A stretch of 64,000 bases of DNA from Spizellomyces punctatus DAOM BR117 (lineage: Eukaryota), in assembly GCA_000182565.2 (NCBI GenBank), contig KQ257470.1; one strand, given 5' to 3'. A model generated the notes under the pieces. It did not search any database and was not told the origin of the DNA. It was given only the letters and a program-made list of their open reading frames with translations. The translations under genes and the position numbers were made by a program. Below, in pieces: positions 54,108 through 64,000 of the stretch (positions are counted from its first letter, which is position 1; each line of letters starts with the position of its first letter).

Positions 54108-54775
54108 TTATTTATGGTAACAACCAAAACCTGGGGTAATGCAGACTAGAGTTTCGAGAAGAAGGGTGGACATGGGGTACATGTTGGAATGCATAGTGTG
54201 GAGGTGATGGAAAATGGCACTAGGCTGGAACTTGGTGTTTTGCTCCGGATCAGGAAGCTCCCAAAGCTCCCTATACAAGCGGTCTTGAATATCCTTAGCA
54301 ATTCGGTCAATCACTTGTCGTGAGTTTTCATCGCAAACCGCCGCAAATTCGGCCAATTCTTCCTCCAAACCCATCTGTGCGTCGTCGGGCATTCCTTATT
54401 TGAAAGTTTGATTGGTTGTTGGTGCAGAGGGAATGGACATGGAATGCATGGAGGTACTGGAGCAGGCTTTCGTATCGCGCGGTGCGGCGGTTGGAGCAGG
54501 GTGGCGGCGTTCTGTCTGCAACGGCTCATGAGCTTCTTCCGATTCCTTGAGAAGAATTTCCGGTGAACAACAAATACTTCAAGGATTTGACTCCTCGGAT
54601 GCAGGACAGGTTTTCCGGTGTTAGTAATGGCCCACGACGGTCTGACTCTGGCAGAAGGAGGCGGAGCTCTTCCTAGTTCTGCAACGGTTTATGTAGGCGA
54701 TATCCTGCCTACGGCTGCTGCCGACGGGAAGCGAAGGCGAAGGGGGATACTTGGGATAGCATATAGCATACATCT
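54108..54775 (-). pseudogene. Possible degenerate coding remnant of unknown origin (hAT-like C-terminus is speculative)
   Basis: Protein-like 94-aa ORF (LEEELAEF..HSNMYPMSTLLLETLVCITP) with stop-interrupted frames upstream. Confidence 0.25.
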
Positions 54776-55141
54776 CTTGTTGATTTGAAATAGTATTTGG
54801 AAACCGACCAACCCTAACCGCAATACAAACTCCACCACAAACCCTAACCCTTTAGGCTGTCGGGCTTGCTATTTTTTATCCAATTTTGCGCAAAAAAAGG
54901 AAGTCACATCACTCATTCCCGTTCGACAGCCACCCAAATTCCTTTATCCTGCTCGGACGTTTTTCGGGCCCCTCATCAGAAGACGGGTGGCTTGTGCTCA
55001 GGTTTACCTGCAACACAGAGAACACGTTTTCAGAATCCGCTTTTTGCATGCAACGTATATTGGAGAGGACAGATTTGTATGCGCTTAGACGTATTGGGCT
55101 TCCGCTTTTTAACCTTCGGCTGACTTTGGTCGTGCTAACGC

Positions 55142-58100
55142 TTACGGTGAGTGCACAGCCTCGGTCCGGTTCAGGTTGAAAACCTCGGTGACGGTGACTT
55201 CTGCCTCTTCCGCGGTCAATTCATGAACTGTGCTGGTAAGATGATCGAGAAGTTGACGGGGTTTGAGGTACACCCTTTTTTGCTTGCTTGATGGGCACTG
55301 TGGGCAGTGGGTCGATGATCCCCATAGAGCGAGGGCAATCTCCGACTTCTTCAGCCCGTGAGTGGATTTGACTCTCATGTGCTTCACCAAGAGCGAGATG
55401 GTGGGAAAACTTTGTTGGCAAAGTGGGCAGAGCTTGAAGCCCCCACCAGCAGCATTGGAGGGTGGGACGGACGGTCTCGATGCGTCATCTGTGACAGAAG
55501 GCACTGCGGTAGGGATCGGGGGGAGAACCTCGGCGACGATAACTTCTGCCTCTCCCACGGTCAATTCGTGGGCTGGACTGGTAAGATGACTGCGAAGTCG
55601 ATGGGGCCTGAGGTACACCTTTGTCCTGCTTGACGGGCAGCGTGGGCAGCGGGTCAATGATCCCCATAGAGCGAGGGCAATCTCCGACTTCTTCAGCCCA
55701 TGAGTGGATCTGACTCTCATGTGCTTCACCAAGAGCGAGATGGTGGGAAAACTTTGTTGGCAAAGTGGGCAGAGCTTGAAGCCCCCACCAGCAGCATTGG
55801 AGGGTGGGACGGACGGTCTCGATGCGTCATCTGTGACAGAAGGCACTGCGGTAGGGATCGGGGGGAGAACCTCGGCGACGATAACTTCTGCCTCTCCCAC
55901 GGTCAATTCGTGGGCTGGACTGGTAAGATGACTGCGAAGTCGATGGGGCCTGAGGTACACCTTTGTCCTGCTTGACGGGCAGCGTGGGCAGCGGGTCAAT
56001 GATCCCCATAGAGCGAGGGCAATCTCCGACTTCTTCAGCCCATGAGTGGATTTGACTCTCATGTGCTTCACCAAGAGCGAGATGGTGGGAAAACTTTGTT
56101 GGCAAAGTGGGCAGAGCTTGAAGCCCCCACCAGCAGCATTGGAGGGTGGGACGGACGGTGTCGACTCGTCATCTGTCGCAGAAGGCACTGCGGGCTTTCC
56201 TGAAGAGGGAGAAAGCCCACATCGTGGAGTATCTACTTCCTGGCGGTTGATTACAGGCGTCGGCCTGTCGTCGCAACGTTCCCACTCTTGGAAAATCCTT
56301 TCGATCGTGTCAACCAATGGCAAGTTCCACTCGAACAAATGTGGCCCCAAGGTCGACGGAAGGAATGCAAAGCTAAGAAGCCCTCTCACTTGGTCGCAGA
56401 GGCTGGTATCAGTGCTGTCGAGAGGAGAATCAAAGACACCATCAAGGGCACCTTCTTTCTCACGCTTCAGCCCCTTTCGCGTTGGTCTCAACAGTGTCGG
56501 GTGTAGCTGCTTAACACCTAAGCAGAGCAGCGCCAGCGATAGCCACCGGTGGCCCGGGGGAAGAAGTGTAATACCTTCATTCACCCTGACTCTACCGTTA
56601 TCAAAGAGTACGAAGGAAGAGGCCACTGCAAAGAGAGCACCTCGGCCTAGGTGGGCCGATACACCACAGAAAGAGTTGCGTGAGATACTACAGTCACTAG
56701 GAGCGGGTGGTGCATCAGAGGTTGTGATCTTTCCCAGACGCTGCCAGGCGGGGGTTGACGGAAGCACTTTTGTCGCTATCACTGGCGTCAAGCTGGCTGG
56801 AATCGCAGCCTTTCCGTCTTGATCTTGACCCAACTTCCCTTCTTGCTTCGCTGAGCTCTTGCCTTTGTTGGCCTTATTTGACTTCTTTGAACCTTCAACC
56901 CGTTGTGAGTGTGGTGCGGGAGAGGACTTCAGTCCTCCACGGTCTTCTTTCAAGTCAGGCAGCCTCAGTTCGCAATCTTTGAGGTTCCCTCTCATGCTGG
57001 ACCAGAGAACTCGACAACTGAGCGGGACGTCGTGTATGAGAGGACAAGTCACAGCCTCACCAGCGCCAACTGTCTTCGGCGCTCTGTAAGCGACGGTTAA
57101 GACGCTCGATTGCAAGAGAACAGAAGATTCGATGGTGGTGTCCTTCGCCAAGGAAGATGCCATGCCAAAGGAGTCATCCCTTATTTGCAGAGCGTCTTCA
57201 AGGGTTTGGGTGTGACTGGACTGCTCTGACCGCTTCTCAATCCCTTGGAAGAAAAAAATTCTGCGGAGCATCTCCTCTGTGATACTGTGGATATCGGTGC
57301 AAACAAGCCGCGCCTTTCCAGCTGCAGGTATTTGGAGATAAAACGAGGAAGGCAGCCTCGAACTCAAGGCTATTAAAAGCTTCTCATCATCGTCGGTGGC
57401 GAAGGAAACGGTACGTGAATAGACGTCGTATTGGGCGCAGCTTGCGGTGGAAGTCTTAGCAATGTAAGTTTCGTAGCCTTGCTTCGTGGGGAGCAGCTTC
57501 AGCTCAATCTCCTGAAGACCTAATCTTGATACTAACGATAAGAATTCTGCACGGAATAAGTGGGACATCTGGTCATCCGCAACTGGCTCTGTGCCTTCTT
57601 TTAACGCTCTACCAAATTTTTTTGATATGAGAAGTCTTAGTTCTCTGGAAGATGCTAGTGTCGTGTTGTTCTTCACCTTCGCGGCTGCTATCCCTTCGCT
57701 CTTCTCGTCCTCAACGGCAGATGATCCCTCTACGTCCATAATGACCCAGAACATTTGGACTCCCAGGTCGCTGCCGACCGCCAAAAGATCAGCTACAACG
57801 TGGTTCAAGTTGCTCTTGAACATATCGGCTCTATACAGCCGCTTATACAGCCGCTCCAGCTTCCATCCGTTAAAGCTCTCAAAGTCGCGCGGCTGCTGAG
57901 GAAGGAGTGTTGCGAGCTGCTCTGCAGAGACGGCAACGTTTTCAAGCTCCATTTGAAAGGCAGATGCTGTCCACTCCTGCTCTTCCACTCTCGAAGGCTG
58001 CTGCAAAGGTTTCGTGGCCTTCGCCATCTTCTTTAGCTTGTGAGCCTTGGAACAGAGAAGTTTGTCGGGAAAAGTCCATGTGAGGATAAGTCTAAGGCGA

Positions 58101-61100
58101 TTTAGCGTTTTGCCGTCCAGTTTGCTAAGCGAGATGAGCTCTCGCAAAAGGCCACGGGGAAACTCCGCGTTCCTCCGATGGGTTTCATGTCTTGATGCTC
58201 CTTCGTCCCTATAGTTGGGCACGTTTTCCAAGAGGAACCTACTTACACGGAGATGCAAACTCTCTGCCAAGAGTGACATTTGCTTCAGCCGTTTTGGCGC
58301 AATGCCTTTTTGCACTGCCCAGGCAGTCGCTTCATTCTCATTTGACATTGTAAACCACATTGAGACCAGCTTGAGCCAAAGAATTGGTTCTGATCCGCAT
58401 CCTTTGTCAATCTCGTCTGCAGCAGTCATCGACTGCCGAATAATATCGTTATAGTCCTTCACATCTGTGTGGATCATCGGAACGGCGGTGCGGAACGGCG
58501 TTCTCCCAACGGACAGCACGGCAGCAAGGACAATCGCCTCAGTTGGGATGCCAAGGAGAATGCCGAAGAGGAGAAGACGAGAGAGCTCCAGTGAAACAGG
58601 CATCTGCCCAGCAAACCGTCCACTGGGAGTCAGCCTTTCAGTCTCGTCTATAAGGTTGAGGTGCAAGAGGCGCCCCAGGCTCTTGCTCACGTTGCTGATA
58701 TCAGGAGGTTCGATGAGCTCGCTCAGAACGGGAACGATGCCGCCAAAGTCATCTGGATGCTCCAACGCCGCCAGCAACTGCACAATCACTTCTTCTAGAG
58801 TTGTGCGCAACACTTCCGGAGTGTCATGCTCGTGAAACTGTCTATGCAACTTCTCGCTATAGAGACGATATACAGTCCCAGGCCGCACTCGTCCCGTGCG
58901 TCCCGCTCTTTGTGTTGCTGAGGCTTTTGATATCCACCTGCCAGTGAGGACGCTCTCGTGCGGGGTCTCGCTATAGCGCATCGATTTACACGTACCAAGG
59001 CATATGAGAACATCAACATCAGGGATTGTAATTGAGCTTTCCGCAGCATTTGTTGCAAGAACCACTTTGATCTTGTCATCTGGAACAGACGAGAAGATGT
59101 CGACTTGCTCCTCGAACGGGACCTCAGAGTGCACTATGAAGAGGCTTAGTTTCGAATCGGCTTCGAGGAGGCTCCAGAGCTCTGTGATGGCATAAATGCC
59201 TGGAAGGAACACTAGAACTCCAGTGCCAACAGCAATGTGCCTTCTTATGAGCTCTTCTGCAACTCGAAGCTGATGCCTCGCTATGCCCTCACTCGGGATC
59301 GTCGTCACTGACGCTTTCGCTGTCATTGCTTCGATAGTGTTGCTGAGCCGCTTCATCACCCGGTTCTCCTTGAAGATCCTCTGTGCGATGTCGCTGGCAT
59401 ACTATGAGATCGAAAGGAGTGAGCAAGTCAACAGAAAACGATATTAGCGGCGGACTGAAGCGACGAGCAGGCCGCTCACCAAAATGTCGAGCTCAAAGCG
59501 TTTTGCTCCGACCGACAAGCATTTCATGTCACCATAGGGTCCACTCCCAAGACCAACTTCCTCATCCAAGTCCTTGGAGTCAGGCGAAGAGAAGTTATCG
59601 TCATTGTCGCTGTCGCTGTCTACTTCGTCATTCGCAGCGTCCATTCTCCGACAAGAGGTAGACCGATTTCCAGGCCATATGCCCAAGAAATACGCTCTGT
59701 AGAGCTCAGTGTGAATCGTAGCGCTCATCAGTATAATTTTTATATGTGGCAAATCCCGGAGTATTCGCTTGCACAATAGACAGATCACATCGCTATCGAT
59801 TGAGCGCTCATGGACCTCGTCAACGATCAGATGTGTGGCCGATTGGAGTGCGCCGATGTTGCCTGCAATCAAGCGCACCAAGTAGCCGGTTGTCGAGAAG
59901 ATGATCTTTGTTTCATGGAAGATATCTCTAATGCCGTGGCCCATCAACATGCCCACACGCTTGCCGAGCTCCGGACGTAGTCTCCGCGTGAGACCTGTCA
60001 CAGCGATTCGTCGAGGTTGTGAGATGTAGATTTTGCAGCGCTCTCCACGTTCATTAGCGTCTTCTAGCAGCATCACCGGAAGCCGGCTGGACTTTCCACA
60101 TCCCGTTTCCCCGTGAATAATCGTCACGCGGTCACTTCGAACTTTGCGGAGAATCTCTTCCCGGTACGCATCGATAGGGAGCGATTCGGCACTTGTTGTC
60201 CTAGGCGTTGAAGGGGAGCTGTTGGTTGCACTATGGCTTTCTGGCAACGGCTCTTCTTCTGCGAAGGGCTCATCATCTCCGCCCACGTGTAACTGCACCA
60301 TGAGCTTGTGAAAGATCTCTCCCTCATAATAGTGCTGTGGGTGACCCACTACATCTTCAAAGGGTACAGAGGGGTGGAGCAGTTCCCGTGTCCTGTTGCG
60401 CTTCGTTGACGGCCGAAAGAAATGCCTCAGGATCAGTTGATAAGTGTGAGCGGCCTGGAAGTCTCGCCAGGTTGGTCGTAGAAAGGTGTCGAGAGGATGC
60501 GCCACGTTCAGATTACGAAGGAGGAAGGCGCCGTCACTGTCGTCGCGTTCATCGTTGGGCAACTTCTCCCCAGGATCAAGGACAGTGGGACTTTGTAGCG
60601 TCTCCAGCATCCTGTCCAACGCTGCAAGATGAGTGGAAGTAAACACGGTGAAGATCGCTCTTTTTGTCTTCGAGTCGGCGGAGGTCAGCGGCTGTGTCAA
60701 CTGATGGAGCAGTGCGCGCGCGACCCCTCGACTCATCGCTATCCGTTTCCAAGTCTCATCTCTTGCCCACGACTCAAGGCATCGTCGCTGCTCGGACGTG
60801 AGGCCCAACATTGATGAGGACTGTGCTTCGTCACTTTCGCTGTTTTCTTCTTCCTCATCGTCATCATCTTCTTCCTCGGCTCGTGTTGATGATGCGTCCG
60901 CCAGTCCTGATGGAGGCTTAACGTCCTTATCGTCATCGTTAGAGGTCCTGTCCGCCTTCAGCGCCTGCATGATGAACGTCCAATCGTCCTTTTGATGCTC
61001 ATAGATGGCTCTGGAGAGAGCTATGGCAGACTGCAGGTCGCGATTGTCTGATGTCAGTTTGAACCCTTCGCCTCCCTCACGGACTATCGAGAGCAACTCC

Positions 61101-62545
61101 TCGATTGCATCGTTTGAATGTTCATCCGGCACTTGGACCGCAACCTCTGCGTACTCCTCGGTGTTGTTCTTGTGCATCTTACGCGCTTTCAGATCAGACC
61201 GCGAGTATTCCATCGTGTAGTCGTTGCCAATGAGAATTCCGAGTTCAACCAGCTGAGACTCGGTCAAGCTGAGCATCGCTGCCACCTCCTCTCGTCTCCA
61301 TACCTCAAGTGCCACAACGTGATGAGGTTGGTGGCTGACAAGCACTGCATTCGACCCATCGGCATTAAATGGCTGGCGCTCTGATATGCGACCAAATCTG
61401 ATGTATGGACAGCCTCGCATCAGGAAGTAGTCACTGTCCTCTCCGTAGCAGTAGGCACGGCCTGGGGGTGACGCTCCTCCGCATGAGGACGCTGACGATT
61501 GTTCGTTCCAGAGCTCTACGTCTCGAGCGATCTCAATGTCCGCTTCCACCTTGCATTGTACGATAGAAATTTTCGCAGTAGGACAAGCAAAGGAGGAGGG
61601 AGACACGCTTTCTTCTACTGTGCCACCTGCTGCGGTCTGGCTGATAGTCAGGCGATCGAACTCATCGGCAAGATCAACTTCGAGCTCATTCTCACGCGTG
61701 ATAGCTTCCAGTGTTCGAAGGAATTGCTCAAAGATCAACGGAGGCATCGGGAAAACTTCCTGAGCCGGCGGCGTGGAGGTCCGACCGCAAAAATAGCGAT
61801 ACAAGTTGCTCCACCTTTGTTCTTTCTGCAGAACTCGCTCCTCATGCGTCGCATGCTTCGCCTGGAGCATCTCCCCGTCAAAGTAGAAGAGAATGCTCTC
61901 AAAAACGCCGAGTGATTGTAGGTATCGAACTTCTCGGCGTACGAAGCTGTCAAAGGCTCGGTAAGCTCCGCCATACTCTCTACGGAACGAGTGCGCTGAG
62001 CCGGAGGCATGACCTTCACGGTTCATTCTTGGTAGTGAGTCTTCTTTCCTGCCTCTCGTCTTTCCTTCCTGCTTGGCGAACAGGTGATAGATAAACCCTA
62101 ACGCGTCCACATACAGTCTGGAGTTGTTGGGTATGAGTTCGGGTTCTCCCGACGGCACTGCAACTGGAAGGCTTATTGAAGCAATCGGGACCGTCGTTGG
62201 CGTGGCTTGCAAGTGAACGCCTCACCTGATGCAGGACCGTCAGTTCCTTCTCTTCCTCCTCGTCCCTCCTCGTCGCTATCAGAATCCACTGTCCAGACGT
62301 CTCCGTCAAGCAAACAGCCTGCGGACTCATTGAAGGCAGAGGCAGAATCACCCTCACGAAGATCGTAGTTGCACACGGTCGAGCCATTCTGCTGCCGGTC
62401 AGAGTAGGGCGATCAGGAGAATCGAAGGGGAGAACGAAGTCACTTTACGGAGGAGTACACGTACCTCGCGATGTTTCTTCCTCTTTTTTTGCTTAGAAGC
62501 TTCCCTCTTCCGTGAGAGGAGCTTTTGCAGCCCGCGAACGCCCAT
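55142..62545 (-). CDS. PIN (XPG/Asteroid-type) nuclease - DEAH/RHA RNA helicase - six C2H2 zinc finger fusion protein, 2395 aa
   Basis: Exons 62545-62465, 62388-62226, 62163-59480 and 59401-55142 splice in frame via GT-AG introns. PIN motifs: MGVRGL, YVDA, FDG, EAD, DSDY, GNDY. Helicase motifs: GETGCGKS, QPRRIA, DEVH, SAT, FLPG, ATNAAESSITIPDV, QRAGRTGR, followed by an HA2-like region. Confidence 0.88.
55181..56193. repeat. Tandem repeat, three copies of about 342 bp, each encoding two C2H2 zinc fingers
   Basis: Near-identical blocks recur at 342-nt spacing (e.g. 55362, 55704, 56046). The C-terminal copy diverges and has one extra codon. Confidence 0.97.
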
Positions 62546-63005
62546 CGTTACTCACAGTGAGGTAGACATCGTACATAAGTTAGAACAGTTTCCAAATGCC
62601 GCTTTTATATAGCGAAATGCGGATTTGATCACGTGCCAGAAGAATTGATGGAGTTCTAATTGGCAGAACTTGATAGGAACCCTGCCAACTTGCCCACATG
62701 CGATCGCCTTGCTGTCGGGACATACTGGAACAGAGATACGCTGAGCACCTGCAATATGCTGATGATCGTGCAATCAATGTTGGATGGGCACGGTAGACCA
62801 GAAGTGTTCAGCAGGGTCGTAGCGTAGATTGGTTATATTAGCTTTTCCGAACCGGTTGTCACCGGTTTATCCCCTGGTGTATGTACATACCGTAGTAGAC
62901 CAAGCCAACCGGTTAGGCACGCGTGTCGCCGAGGGCCCACTCCCACGGCGCCTGCACCATCATTCCTACGATGGTCTTCGCAGCTTACGCCAACCGCACT
63001 CCGAT

Positions 63006-64000
63006 ATGCCGTCCACCAATAGACCCACTGGTACCACCTCCACGTCCCCCATAGATGCGATCCTCACAAGAGTTGAAGCATATCCCCGGACAACTGTCAT
63101 TGTGCTATGTCTCGCTATTCTCGCCAAGAACTACACTATAATATATCGTCTCATATACCATGCGTTGGTTGTCGTCGGCATTGTTGTACTATATGGATGG
63201 TGGAATGCCCTATTTCCTATTATTTTTCGGAACAAGGGGCGAAAACCTGTTAGAGACAAGCGGCCAATACGGGCTTTGACCTTTACGCAGCCACGAGTAT
63301 GGAAGAGCTATATGATGGAGAGGGAGAAGGAAAAAGTGGTTTTTAGGCCACAAGCATTTGTGGAAAACAGGCAGATCCAGCAAGTCATTGACGACCTGCT
63401 TTTCTTTATCAGTCGGGATTTTATTCGGAGCTGGTGGTATTCTGGCATTGGTCCAGAGCCCATCTTTGTGTCCCGCGTCGATGCAGTCGTATATGACGCC
63501 TCAGTCCAAGTGAAGCAACGACTGGAGCGGATTGACTTTGTACATTTTGTTGCTTCCCGAGCGCTTCCGTTGCTCACGGCCCATGTAACGGAGTACCGAC
63601 GAGCAGAGCGTCTGTTGCGCGGGCACAAGCTTCAGCGCACCGTCACAGAATCTGATGAAATGGACTGCCAATTAGCAAGGCATTACATGAATGGACGATT
63701 GCACCCCGCCATTTCTGCCAACCCTACCCCAACGGTTTCGTTAGAACACGGATACCTACGGCGGATAATCGAAGCAACTTTGCCGTTGATTTGCCCGGCG
63801 AATGAGATCTCTAGTAGACTTTTTGTCATCATTGTCAGGGAAATTCTTGTATGCAAAGTCGTGCAGCCTGCACTGGACCTTTTGGCGGATCCTGATTTTT
63901 GGAATCAGACGATTGATATGTTGGTGCGTATCGTGGTTTGAATGCCGCTGGTCAGTAAGAGTTCGTTCTAACAGTTTTGAAATATGACTTTTTCCAGACC
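63006..64000 (+). CDS. PXA-domain sorting nexin (Mdm1/SNX13-14-25 type), 3'-partial
   Basis: Two N-terminal TM segments, then PXA motifs IDDLLFFISRDFIRSWWY and VREILVCKVVQPALDLLADPDFWNQ. Runs into an intron at the window end. Confidence 0.85.

Noticed and set aside
55181-56193. Repeat array as a CRISPR or LTR
   Set aside because: The units are contiguous, in-frame coding duplications without unique spacers.
54856-62719. 9-bp direct repeat GCTGTCGGG at 54856 and 62711 flanking the helicase gene, as a possible target-site duplication
   Set aside because: There are no terminal inverted repeats inside it, the same 9-mer also occurs near 9744, and a chance match is plausible.
62813-62880. tRNA-like start (GGGTCGTAGCGTAGATTGGTTA)
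   Set aside because: No T-arm GTTCRA and no complementary acceptor stem.

Overview
Gene-dense eukaryotic DNA with short (about 50-90 nt) GT-AG introns. The gene content suggests an early-diverging fungus, probably a chytrid (inference only). About 20 protein-coding genes can be supported: MFS transporter, SPX-domain phosphate transporter (Pho87/90/91 type), a secreted protein spanning an N-gap, FAM133-like, F-box/LRR, MTR4, CSRP-type LIM protein, mitochondrial ferredoxin, Ssk2-type MAPKKK, Hsp20, two RasGEF-domain proteins, FAM72, UTP4, a PPxY membrane protein, a kelch-TM-SH3 protein, an AlkB-type dioxygenase, betaine lipid synthase and a PXA sorting nexin. There is also a tRNA-Val(CAC) and an isochorismatase pseudogene fragment absent from the ORF track. 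The stand-out feature is one four-exon, 2395-aa gene (55142-62545, minus strand) fusing an intact-looking XPG/Asteroid-type PIN nuclease, a DEAH/RHA RNA helicase and a recently triplicated double C2H2 zinc-finger tail. It is intron-poor with GC-rich introns and lies next to telomere-like motifs. Other notable items are a BRCT domain spliced onto the Ssk2 kinase and a MIT-like/RasGEF-like protein ending in a MIM1-like helix. All family assignments come from manual motif recognition; no database searches were run.
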